64,000 nt of DNA from Candidatus Aminicenantes bacterium. GTDB taxonomy: Bacteria > Acidobacteriota > Aminicenantia > Aminicenantales > Saccharicenantaceae. Both the position numbers and the translations under genes were made by a program. The stretch spans positions 14,494 to 78,493 of the forward strand of contig JACIYI010000013.1 in assembly GCA_014360005.1 (NCBI GenBank). The letters run 5' to 3'. This document shows positions 19,173 to 28,395 of this stretch, piece after piece. Every line of letters starts with the position of its first letter. The stretch's first letter is position 1. A model generated the notes under the pieces. It was not told the origin of the DNA, made no database searches, and saw only the letters and a list, made by a program, of their open reading frames with translations.

Positions 19173-19679
19173 TTGGAAGAAAAAATTAAGATCGAAACCA
19201 AACCCGCTAAATCCCCCGTCTTGGCCGGAATTTTTTCGGCCATTTTCCCTGGCACCGGAGCCATTTACAACGGGAGTTACCTCAAGGGCATTATGTACAT
19301 CATCATCTTCGCCGGGCTGGTAACCATCCAGTCCCGGGGCGGACAGCCTTTTGCGGGACTGATGCTGGCTGGCTTTTACTTTTTCCAGATAATAGACACT
19401 GTCAACGAAGCCCGGAGGCTATCAGTCCCAGCCAGCGCTACGGCTGAAGGAGCCCAGGGCACCAGAATTACGATGGAAGCTGAGCTGGATATTGCCCGGC
19501 CATCAGGTTCTATCTCCTGGGGAATAATTCTCATCCTGCTAGGTGGGCTGTTCCTGCTGGCCAACTACGAGGTAATCAGCTACGACGCACTGATTGATTA
19601 CTGGCCCCTGGCGTTGATCGGCCTGGGCCTGAAGCTGTTGGCAGATTATTTTTATGGCAAAAGATCAAGCAAGAAATAA
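19173..19679 (+). CDS. membrane protein with C-terminal LiaI/LiaF-like TM hairpin
   Basis: TTG start 6 nt after GGAGG; N-terminal 'PGTGAIYNGSYLKG' TM pair and C-terminal 'WGIILILLGGLFLL...YWPLALIGLGLKLL'. Confidence 0.55.
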   Translation: MEEKIKIETKPAKSPVLAGIFSAIFPGTGAIYNGSYLKGIMYIIIFAGLVTIQSRGGQPFAGLMLAGFYFFQIIDTVNEARRLSVPASATAEGAQGTRITMEAELDIARPSGSISWGIILILLGGLFLLANYEVISYDALIDYWPLALIGLGLKLLADYFYGKRSSKK

Positions 19680-19692
19680 TAAGGAGGAAATC

Positions 19693-19941
19693 ATGTCCAG
19701 AAAGCATAAAGACAACTTAATCTGGGGCCTAATCCTGGTTATCATCGGAGCTATTTTCCTGCTGGAAAACGTCGGTTATGACGCCTGGCGAGCCTTTTTC
19801 AAGCTCTGGCCGCTCATCCTGATCTTCTGGGGCGCTTCCAAGTTATATTACGGAATTAAAGCCAGGAGTCAGGCCGAAAAACCCGAGGCCACCGCGGCCG
19901 AAGTGGAGATACTGCCCGGGGACAAAAAAGATGAAAGCTAA
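19693..19941 (+). CDS. small membrane protein with LiaI/LiaF-like TM hairpin
   Basis: Start moved to ATG 19693 (AAGGAGG SD); 'WGLILVIIGAIFLL...LWPLILIFWG'. Confidence 0.55.
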   Translation: MSRKHKDNLIWGLILVIIGAIFLLENVGYDAWRAFFKLWPLILIFWGASKLYYGIKARSQAEKPEATAAEVEILPGDKKDES

Positions 19942-21226
19942 GGAAGTCCTGCTTCTGATTCTGATTGTAGCTCTGGGCGTCGGCCTCCATTACCTGGACG
20001 ACCTGAAGCTTAAGATAGATGACTGGGGCCTGGAATTCCCCTTCCGGGGCGAATCCTACCTTTTTGAAGAACAGTTGACCGAGGCCCCGGCCGAGATTCT
20101 GGAAATCAACAACAGTCAGGGCAGTCTCCAGGTGGAAGGAAGCCAGAGGCCCGACCTAGCCATCACTTTCGAAAAAAGAGTCTGGCGGAAAAGTGAACCA
20201 GAAGCCAGGGAGGTGGCCGACCGGATCAGGCTGCTGACAACCAGAGACAACAACCGCCTGGTCCTGACCACCAACCGCAGTACTTTTCGCCAGAAGAACT
20301 TTACTACCAGCTTTAAGCTCCTGGTTCCGGCTGGAACCAGGGTCAAAATCAAGAACTCCCATGGGCTGGTGCGGGTGGCTGGGGTCAGCCAGGTTGAGCT
20401 GGAAAACAGCCACGGCCGGGTGGACGTAATAGAAATCTCCGGCCCTGTCCGGGTGAGCAATTCCTACGAAAAAGTCTCCATCCTGGATGTGGCCGGCGAT
20501 TGCCGGCTGGAGACCAGGCATTCCTCCGCCCTGCTCAGCCGGGTGGAAGGCCCGGTCAGCATTGACTGTGCCCACCAGAAACTGGAACTTTTTGACCTCA
20601 AGAACAGCCTGAGAATTCAATCCAGGCACACGGTTATCAAAGCCGCCAGAATTGGCGGTCCGTCCGAGATTGCCGGCAGCTATGAATTGATTTCCTTAAA
20701 TGAAATCGGTCCGGCCGTTGTCCGGGGCCACCATTCGCCGATTGAAATTGAGGTGGCCCGGGGAGATTTGAGCCTGGAAACCAGCTACGAAAAAATCAAG
20801 CTGGACGATATTCAGGGTAACCTGGTTATCAAGGCCCGCAGTTCCAGGGTCCAAGGTAGGCAAATCCATGGCCAAAGCCTTCAGATTGAAACTTCCTACG
20901 AGCCGGTTAGCCTGGAGGATTTCCGCGGCCAGCTTAACCTGAAACTGAAACACGGCAGCTTGACTCTGGCTCCGGTTAACCTTGATTTTCCTCTGACAGC
21001 CTCGACCGAATACGGGAACATAACTTTCTATTGGCCCGAAAACCAGACAGCTCGGCTGCAAGCCCGCAGCCGAGGAGGTCGCATCGCCTGGCAGCTCCCC
21101 TTTTCCCCCGACGAAAATATTAGCAACGGAACCGCCCTGCTCCGGGCCTTCCAGTCTGCTGCCGACCGACCGGAAATCAAGCTGGAAGCCAGCTATGGGT
21201 ATATCAATTTCCTGAAAAAAGAATAG
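19931..21226 (+). CDS. DUF4097 ('putative adhesin', LiaG-like) repeat protein with N-terminal TM anchor
   Basis: 431 aa; many ~17-20-aa beta-helix-like repeats ('NSHGLVRV..','NSHGRVDV..','SYEKVSIL..','SYEKIKLD..','SYEPVSLE..'). Confidence 0.7.
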   Translation: MKAKEVLLLILIVALGVGLHYLDDLKLKIDDWGLEFPFRGESYLFEEQLTEAPAEILEINNSQGSLQVEGSQRPDLAITFEKRVWRKSEPEAREVADRIRLLTTRDNNRLVLTTNRSTFRQKNFTTSFKLLVPAGTRVKIKNSHGLVRVAGVSQVELENSHGRVDVIEISGPVRVSNSYEKVSILDVAGDCRLETRHSSALLSRVEGPVSIDCAHQKLELFDLKNSLRIQSRHTVIKAARIGGPSEIAGSYELISLNEIGPAVVRGHHSPIEIEVARGDLSLETSYEKIKLDDIQGNLVIKARSSRVQGRQIHGQSLQIETSYEPVSLEDFRGQLNLKLKHGSLTLAPVNLDFPLTASTEYGNITFYWPENQTARLQARSRGGRIAWQLPFSPDENISNGTALLRAFQSAADRPEIKLEASYGYINFLKKE

Positions 21227-21241
21227 CCGGCGGCCGAGGGC

Positions 21242-22141
21242 TCAGGAATGCTTGAACTTATAAGTTGAAATGCGATAACCCAGCACTCCGTTGATCTTGA
21301 TATTCAGGTAAGAAATCAGGTTAGTCAGGTCTTTCTTGAACTTGGTCACATAGCGGACGAAGTCAGCTTCTTTCTTATAACGCAGCAGGTTTTCAAACTC
21401 GTCCACCTCATCCCGCAGCTCCACCAGGAAATGGGTGATTTCGCGGTACTGGCTGTTGATGTCGATCAGTTCTTTGCCCGAGAGCTTGTCCAGCTCCGGG
21501 TAAGGTGGCAGGGATTGCAGGATGAGCAGGCTTTCGTTGTAAGCTTCGTTGACTGATTCTTTGATTTCCTGGAAGAAGGAACTGTACTCCAGCGGATTCT
21601 TAATCCTGGCTTCGGCCTTGTCCAGCAGACGGTCGTACTGTTCCTTGATAGAAATGATAAAGTCCTTGATACCCCAGTACTTGCGTTTGAAATTCAACAG
21701 GTCGATGAAATCCCGGCCGATGTAGATTTTATCCTTGTAATTATTCAGCAGCTCCTTGGGCTGGTGGGTGTAGAACTTGAGCTCGAATTTCCGACCGTCT
21801 CCTGTCTTTTCCCGGAACCTGGCCAGGACCAGGTAATTGTTCTGCTCGATAAAATAGCTACTCATTTCCAGAATGACAGTGTAGAGAGCCAGATTCTGAA
21901 TGATGAATTCCTTGAGGTAATTGAGCAGGTTTTCCTTCCTGTTCAGAAAATCGACCACCGGCTCGGCGGGCATGGTGTTAAGGACCGAATAAGAAGGCGA
22001 AATCAGATACAGGACGGGACCGCTGCCCAGTTCCAGGTGCAGATTCTTCAGGACGTTCTGGTGCAAGTCGTCATAGAGCATCGGTTGAAGGGGAGGCAGG
22101 TTGTTGACTTCAACTTTCATCAATTCTTCTATTTCGTTCAT
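21242..22141 (-). CDS. hypothetical protein (no recognisable motif)
   Basis: 299-aa uninterrupted ORF, Lys/Glu/Leu-rich and helical; visibly more AT-rich than its neighbours; 47 nt downstream of the lipoate ligase-like gene on the same strand. Confidence 0.6.
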   Translation of the reverse strand: MNEIEELMKVEVNNLPPLQPMLYDDLHQNVLKNLHLELGSGPVLYLISPSYSVLNTMPAEPVVDFLNRKENLLNYLKEFIIQNLALYTVILEMSSYFIEQNNYLVLARFREKTGDGRKFELKFYTHQPKELLNNYKDKIYIGRDFIDLLNFKRKYWGIKDFIISIKEQYDRLLDKAEARIKNPLEYSSFFQEIKESVNEAYNESLLILQSLPPYPELDKLSGKELIDINSQYREITHFLVELRDEVDEFENLLRYKKEADFVRYVTKFKKDLTNLISYLNIKINGVLGYRISTYKFKHS

Positions 22142-22188
22142 GGCCAGCTCCTTCCTTCAATTCCAATTCAATGTTAACACCCACCACC

Positions 22189-23010
22189 CTAAAAATCAAA
22201 CTCGTCAGGCGCTCTCTTCTCCCCCGTCCACTGCCAGCTGGCATACCGGGCTGCTTCAATTTTCCTGATCAACTCCATTTCTTCCGGGCTGAAAAAGCGC
22301 CGCCCCAGGTCGGTCTGGAATTGCTGTTTGAAACCCTCAACCAGATAGCCAACCGCCTGGTCATAGCTGACGGCCCATCCGAGTTCGTCGGAGAGAGAAG
22401 TAAATCCCTCTTTCCGGCTGGAGTCCAGGCCATAAGAAATGGCTGCCAACAGCTCGGCCTCGGTGACCAGCGGTATTGACCCGTGCTGGAGAAAACAGCT
22501 TCCGCTCCGCTTCTGGGCACTGCCTATGACCTTCTTGCCCCGGACCTCGACCTCATTGCGGGCCGGGTAAGCAAAGCAGGGCAGGTGGCTACGGGCATAA
22601 CCCGGGGGGGTGCTGGCCGCCAGCTCGGCCGGCAGGCCCAGCAGCCGCAAGCCCCGGACCAGGGCTTCGGAAATCAGGCGGTAAGAGCCCTCCAGGGTAG
22701 AGGTAAAAATATCGGCCCGGGCTGAGGCCACCGAATAAGTCACCTCCAGGTGGTGGAGAACCAGTTTGCCTCCGGTTAACCGTCGGACGACATCCACTCC
22801 CCTTTTCTGGCATTCTTCCAGATTGAGAACTTTCTTTATATCCTGGCCGCAACCAAGGGAAGCTGTTGGCCGGAGCCAGGTATAGAATCGGAGAAAGGTC
22901 TGGGCCCCTTCCCGGGCCAGGCGGAACAGGTATTCATCAACCGCCATGTTCAAGGTACCGGGAAGCGGCTGCGGATCATAAATCAATTCCCAGTCCGGCA
23001 TCGACATCAT
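22189..23010 (-). CDS. lipoate-protein ligase / octanoyltransferase family (BPL_LplA_LipB) protein
   Basis: 'LNMAVDEYLF', 'FLRFYTW.PTASLG', 'GKKVIGSAQKR' (catalytic Lys block). Confidence 0.75.
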   Translation of the reverse strand: MMSMPDWELIYDPQPLPGTLNMAVDEYLFRLAREGAQTFLRFYTWLRPTASLGCGQDIKKVLNLEECQKRGVDVVRRLTGGKLVLHHLEVTYSVASARADIFTSTLEGSYRLISEALVRGLRLLGLPAELAASTPPGYARSHLPCFAYPARNEVEVRGKKVIGSAQKRSGSCFLQHGSIPLVTEAELLAAISYGLDSSRKEGFTSLSDELGWAVSYDQAVGYLVEGFKQQFQTDLGRRFFSPEEMELIRKIEAARYASWQWTGEKRAPDEFDF

Positions 23011-23050
23011 CCTCTATAAAATTTGAAATTAACGGCAAGCATAAAAAAAG

Positions 23051-23122
23051 AGCGGGCAACGGGATTCGAACCCGCAACTCCGAGCTTGGGAAGCTCGCAC
23101 TCTACCGTTGAGTTATGCCCGC
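23051..23122 (-). tRNA. tRNA-Gly (anticodon CCC)
   Basis: Manual cloverleaf: GCGGGCA acceptor, CGAGC-TTCCCAA-GCTCG anticodon arm, GCGGG-TTCGAAT-CCCGT T-arm; CCA not encoded. Confidence 0.9.
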
Positions 23123-23290
23123 TCGCTGCTAGAGAGCTACCAACTCTTTCAGCAGATTGATAAACTATCAACCTAACTGAATTTTATCAAATAGCCTTGG
23201 GCTGTCAATGGAGATTAGCAGCAAAAACATAATTAGGTTGACTGCTGCCCGGAATAAAATATAATCTATGGCAACGGAGAGAGAGGAAAA

Positions 23291-23662
23291 ATGAGTCCGG
23301 AAGATAAGAAGATTTCTCAAGAGGCCGGCCTGTTGCGTACGGCCAGCCGCCTGGGCCAGACCATAGTTTTTGACGGCAACCTGAGCGGCCATGAAGACCT
23401 GGAAATCCAGGGTAATTTCACCGGTCAGGTGGACCTGGCCCTTCATGATTTGACCATTCAAAAAACTTCCCGGGTGAAAGCCGACATCCGGGCCAAGAAC
23501 CTCTTCCTGTACGGACAGCTGGAAGGGAAGGTCCAGGCTGAGAGAGTTGTCATCAGCGATACCGGGCGTTTTACCGGCGACATCGTGGCCTGTAAAATCT
23601 CAGTTCAGAACGGGGCCAGGTTCAAAGGAACAATCAAAATCAGCCAGGACTACAAGCCCTGA
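23291..23662 (+). CDS. bactofilin (polymer-forming cytoskeletal protein)
   Basis: 123 aa; repetitive beta-helix pattern 'V.G.L.G..DL.I.G.F.G.V' typical of bactofilins. Confidence 0.75.
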   Translation: MSPEDKKISQEAGLLRTASRLGQTIVFDGNLSGHEDLEIQGNFTGQVDLALHDLTIQKTSRVKADIRAKNLFLYGQLEGKVQAERVVISDTGRFTGDIVACKISVQNGARFKGTIKISQDYKP

Positions 23663-24149
23663 AAACTTTTTCTCCTGTGCCAGCTGCCTAAAATTACGAA
23701 CAATAAAACATAACCGTATCAGCCTGCGTAGTCAGAACTTGGTACCCTTTTCTTAAATTCTTAAGAGCCTGAAGCACAGCGTTTCATAAAAAATTCAAGA
23801 GGCCTGATCATCTGACCGAACAAACAGGAAGCTAAAAAAAGAATATAAAAGAAAAAAACAAAACACATAACACCGTGAAAGGTAAAGCCCCTCCGAGTGG
23901 ATTGGGTTTTTTATTTTCTAGCTTTAATGGCTCCGTTTTTAAGCCCCGTTATCTGGCCAACCTGCGCTTGAGGATAAAAAACCTGGCGGGCCTGTAACAG
24001 GTTAGTATCAAGATAAGAAATAATATAAAAGCCTTTAATCTGATATAATATTTTTAAGCCCGGCTTTTACCCTTGCCCTATCGGCGGCAGAGGTGGCGGA
24101 AAAAGCCTGCCTGAAACGGCCGCGGCCCGTATTAATGACCAGAAGCAGC

Positions 24150-26144
24150 ATGAAACGATTTAGACTTTATTCCGATTTTGAACCCAGGGGCGACCAGGTC
24201 CAGGCCATCGAGAAATTGACCGAGGGAGTCCTGGCCGGAAAGCGTCATCAGGTGCTGCTGGGAGTGACCGGTTCGGGCAAGACCTTTACCATGGCCAACC
24301 TGATAGCCCGGGTCAACCGACCGGTCCTGGTTATCAGCCCCAACAAGACCCTGGCTGCCCAGCTCTACCAAGAATTCCGTCATTTCTTCCCGGACAATGC
24401 GGTCGAGTACTTCGTCAGTTATTATGATTATTACCAGCCGGAAGCCTACATCCCGGCCACCAACACCTACATAGCCAAGGAGGCCACTATCAATGAAGAG
24501 ATTGACCGGCTGCGGCTGGCCGCCACCAATGCCCTCTTTGCCCGGCGGGATGTGATTATCGTGGCCTCGGTATCCTGTATCTACGGCATCGGCGCCCCAG
24601 AGACATACTATTCTCAGAGCTTCCCCCTGGAGGTCGGACAGCCTCTGACCAGACGCCAGCTCCTGGACCGGCTGGTCGGCATCCAGTACGAACGTTCTGA
24701 TGATGACCTCAAGCGGGGCAGCTTCCGGGTCCGGGGAGGCCTGATAGATATTTTCCCTTCCTATGAAGACTTCTGTTACCGGCTGGAGATTGAAGACAGC
24801 CGGCTGAAAGAAATCGCCGTCTTTGACCCGCTCCTCGGCCAGAAATACCAGCGACTGGAACGGGTGGTCATCTACCCCAGGACCTTCTTTTCCACGCCCC
24901 GGGATATCCTGGAAGAAGCCATCGCTGGCATAGAACAGGAACTGAGGAAACAGGTGGAATTTTTTAATAGCCAGGGCAAGTACGTAGAAGCCCAGCGGAT
25001 AGAAGAAAGAACAATGTACGATTTAGAATTGCTGCGGGAATTCGGCTATTGCCCGGGCATCGAAAACTATTCTCTCTACCTGAGCCGCCGCCAACCCGGC
25101 CAGCCTCCCTACACCCTGCTCGATTATTTCCCCAATGATTTTCTGGTTATAATAGACGAATCGCATGTGGCTGTGCCCCAGTTGGGGGGGATGTACCATG
25201 GCGACCGCTCCCGCAAACTTACCCTTATCGAACATGGCTTCCGCCTGCCTTCAGCCCTGGATAACCGTCCGCTCAATTTCCGTGAATTTGAAGAAAGGGT
25301 CAACCAGGTAATCTATGTTTCTGCTACTCCCGGCCCTTATGAGCTGAAAAAGGCCGGAGGCCAGGTGGTGGAGCAGATAATCAGGCCGACCGGGCTGATC
25401 GACCCGGAAGTTGAAGTCCGGCCGGTGAAGGGCCAGATTGACGACCTGATGAAAGAAATCCAGGAGCGGGCCCGGCGAAACGAACGCACCCTTATCACCA
25501 CCCTGACCAAGAAAATGGCCGAAGACCTGACCCGCTACTACCACGAACTCGGCCTCAAGGTCAGGTATCTGCATTCCGACATCGAAACCCTGGAGCGGGT
25601 CAGAATCCTGCGCGACCTGAGAAAAGGACTGTTCGATGCCCTGGTGGGCATCAACCTGCTGCGGGAAGGACTGGACCTGCCCGAAGTTTCTCTGGTGGCC
25701 ATTCTGGACGCCGACAAGGAAGGCTTTCTGCGTTCTGCTTCCAGCCTGATTCAGACTTTCGGCCGGGCTGCCAGGAATGTGGCTGGCAAAGTCATACTGT
25801 ACGCTGATTCCATGACTGACTCCATGAAAAAAGCCATTGACGAAACCAACCGGCGGCGCCAGCTGCAGCAGCAATACAACCAGCAGCACGGGATAACACC
25901 CCAGTCCATCCAGAAGAATATTGACGAAGTCCTGGCCAGTGTTTACGAGCGGGATTACCTGGATTATACCACCCTGGCTGAGGAAAAAGAGATTTATCTT
26001 TCTCCGGACAAGCGCCAGAAGCGAATGGCCGAACTGGAGCGACTGATGAAAGAAGCGGCCAGAAACCTGGAGTTTGAAAAGGCTGCCCGCTACCGGGACG
26101 AGCTCAACCGCCTGAAGAAAAGAGAACTGGAATTACTCGGTTAA
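24150..26144 (+). CDS. uvrB: excinuclease ABC subunit B
   Basis: 'F.L.S.F.P.GDQ..AI', Walker A 'GVTGSGKT', beta-hairpin region, C-terminal UVR domain; start moved to ATG 24150 (canonical UvrB N-terminus). Confidence 0.95.
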   Translation: MKRFRLYSDFEPRGDQVQAIEKLTEGVLAGKRHQVLLGVTGSGKTFTMANLIARVNRPVLVISPNKTLAAQLYQEFRHFFPDNAVEYFVSYYDYYQPEAYIPATNTYIAKEATINEEIDRLRLAATNALFARRDVIIVASVSCIYGIGAPETYYSQSFPLEVGQPLTRRQLLDRLVGIQYERSDDDLKRGSFRVRGGLIDIFPSYEDFCYRLEIEDSRLKEIAVFDPLLGQKYQRLERVVIYPRTFFSTPRDILEEAIAGIEQELRKQVEFFNSQGKYVEAQRIEERTMYDLELLREFGYCPGIENYSLYLSRRQPGQPPYTLLDYFPNDFLVIIDESHVAVPQLGGMYHGDRSRKLTLIEHGFRLPSALDNRPLNFREFEERVNQVIYVSATPGPYELKKAGGQVVEQIIRPTGLIDPEVEVRPVKGQIDDLMKEIQERARRNERTLITTLTKKMAEDLTRYYHELGLKVRYLHSDIETLERVRILRDLRKGLFDALVGINLLREGLDLPEVSLVAILDADKEGFLRSASSLIQTFGRAARNVAGKVILYADSMTDSMKKAIDETNRRRQLQQQYNQQHGITPQSIQKNIDEVLASVYERDYLDYTTLAEEKEIYLSPDKRQKRMAELERLMKEAARNLEFEKAARYRDELNRLKKRELELLG

Positions 26145-26276
26145 GAGAAGGGTGGTGAGTCCAGGACCTGGCTGGAGAGAACAGGCCAGAGATTAGTGAG
26201 ATGCTGGCTAATAATAATTCTGGACGGGCTGGCAACCGGACCGGACAAGGTAAGTTAATTCTTCCCTGGAGTTGAA

Positions 26277-28058
26277 ATGGACATAGAGCAACTTAAACAG
26301 AAAATTAAAAAGTTCCCGGCCCGACCGGGCATCTACTTCTTTAAGAACTCCAAGGGAGAGGTGATCTACATTGGCAAAGCCCGGTCGCTGCGGGACCGGG
26401 TCCGGAGCTATTTTCTGCCTTCCCCCGACCTCAAAGTCCAGAACATCCTGAGCCAGACGGCAGACATCGATTACCTCCTGGTAAGTTCGGAAAAAGAAGC
26501 CAGTTTTATCGAAAATAATTATATTCAGTTTTACCAGCCCCGCTTTAACCTCCGGCTTAAAGACGACAAGAGCTTTCCCTTCCTCAAAGTCACCACCGCA
26601 GAAGAATTCCCCGGAGTTTACCTGGCCCGCCGGCTGGAAGACGACGGCTCCCGCTACTTCGGACCTTTCAGCCCGGCCGAGGAAGCCCGAAAACTGATAA
26701 CCTTCCTGGCTAGGGCTTTCCGGCTGCGAACCTGCGAAAACACGGTTTTCAGGAACCGGAGGCGCCCCTGCCTGGAATATGACCTAAAGCTGTGCAGCGG
26801 ACCGTGCGTCGGGCTTATCACAGCGGCTGAATACCGGGAGAACCTGGCCCAGGCCCTGCTATTGCTGGAGGGTAGAAGACTGGAACTCTACCGCCAGCTG
26901 AAGGACAGGATGGACAGGGCGGCGGCCGAACTGCGGTTTGAGGAAGCCGCTCGCTGGCGCGACGCTCTCCGGTCCCTGGAAGGTCTGAAAGAGCCACAGC
27001 GAGTTATCTCGACTGCCAGGGAAAATCTGGATATCGTGGGCTTTAGTCGCGCTCAGGGCCGGGCCGGAGTGCTGATTTTTGAGATGCGCGGCGGCCGCAT
27101 CAGAGCTTCAACCGGCAAGGTCTGGCCGGCCAGCCCTGATGAATCTGACGAAAAAATCCTTGTCCGGGCCCTGGCTCAACTTTATTCAGCCCAAAATCCG
27201 CCAGAAAAAATTCTCTTACCCTTCCGGATTTCGCAGCAGGCTCAGGCCGAGCTTCTTTCGATCTTGAAGGGCCGTAAAATCAAAGTTAACCTGACCTACC
27301 CGGATAACCGGAAAAGAAAAATCCTGCTGGAACTGGCCAACCAGAATGCCACCCTGCTGCTGGAGAACGAAGAACCGGCTGGCCCGCTGGTTGAATTGAA
27401 ACAACAGCTGGGGCTTCCGTCAATTCCGCGCCGGATAGAAGGTTTGGATATTTCCACCACCGCCGGCACTGAGCCAGTAGGCTCCCTGGTGGTTTTTATC
27501 GACGGTCAGCCGGCCAGGTCGCAGTACAGAAAATTCAGGATAAGAACAGTCAGCGGGCCTGATGACTATGCCTCTCTGAAAGAGGTCCTGGAAAGAAGGT
27601 TAAACCGATTGCTGGCCGAAAACAGGTCCCTGCCCGACCTGGTGTTTGTTGACGGCGGTAAGGGTCAGCTCAACCTGGCCCGGCAGGTGCTCGATGCTCT
27701 GGGCCTGACCGGAATTCCGGCCTGCTCCCTGGCCAAAAAAGAAGAAATAATTTTTTCGGCCACCCACCCCGAAGGCCTACGCCTGGACCCCACTTCGCCG
27801 GCTCTCAAACTGCTGCAGCACATCCGGGATGAAGCTCACCGTTTCGCCATCAGTTTTCACCGCCAGCGCCGCCAGAAAAGAAGTCTGGCCTCAGAACTGG
27901 ACGGCATTCCTGGTCTCGGCCCGGTCCGGAAAAAGAAGTTGCTCCAGGCCTTCGGCAACCTGGCTGCCATCCGGGCAGCTTCGCCTGAAGAGCTGGAACG
28001 AGTAGTGGGAACCAAGCTGGCAGCTGCGGTCAGGGAGAAACTGAACCCGGCCGGCTAA
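26277..28058 (+). CDS. uvrC: excinuclease ABC subunit C
   Basis: GIY-YIG 'PGIYFFKN..GEVIYIGKA', UVR domain, Endo-V-like and C-terminal HhH2 regions. Confidence 0.95.
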   Translation: MDIEQLKQKIKKFPARPGIYFFKNSKGEVIYIGKARSLRDRVRSYFLPSPDLKVQNILSQTADIDYLLVSSEKEASFIENNYIQFYQPRFNLRLKDDKSFPFLKVTTAEEFPGVYLARRLEDDGSRYFGPFSPAEEARKLITFLARAFRLRTCENTVFRNRRRPCLEYDLKLCSGPCVGLITAAEYRENLAQALLLLEGRRLELYRQLKDRMDRAAAELRFEEAARWRDALRSLEGLKEPQRVISTARENLDIVGFSRAQGRAGVLIFEMRGGRIRASTGKVWPASPDESDEKILVRALAQLYSAQNPPEKILLPFRISQQAQAELLSILKGRKIKVNLTYPDNRKRKILLELANQNATLLLENEEPAGPLVELKQQLGLPSIPRRIEGLDISTTAGTEPVGSLVVFIDGQPARSQYRKFRIRTVSGPDDYASLKEVLERRLNRLLAENRSLPDLVFVDGGKGQLNLARQVLDALGLTGIPACSLAKKEEIIFSATHPEGLRLDPTSPALKLLQHIRDEAHRFAISFHRQRRQKRSLASELDGIPGLGPVRKKKLLQAFGNLAAIRAASPEELERVVGTKLAAAVREKLNPAG

Positions 28059-28395
28059 CCTTAAATTTTTCTCTTTTTTTCTCAACCTGATTCGGACCAA
28101 ACCCTGACGTAACCAGAGACCGGTGACAATCTTTAAGCCAGCAAGACTCTTTTAGCAGCCGATTAATATATGAATACACGTTAATATATTAGGCTTCCCC
28201 GCTCGTTTCTCTGGCTGACCGATTAACTATTAAAAGGTCTTCTCCGGGTTGAGCCTGCTCCAACTTATTTCAGGAGAAAACTCGGTCGGTCACGAAAACT
28301 ACGGGCCCGGCTGTCATAAATTTGTCAGCCTTCCAGCAATAAATCGGTGCGGCTGCAATCAGACAGTTTGATTTCTCTTCGAGCTGCCCGGTTAC

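Noticed and set aside
23980-24003. A LexA/SOS box upstream of uvrB (the 'CCTGTAACAGG' region)
   Set aside because: It does not match CTGT-N8-ACAG, GAAC-N4-GTTC or any other LexA consensus I know. It is better described as a simple AACCTG…CAGGTT hairpin.
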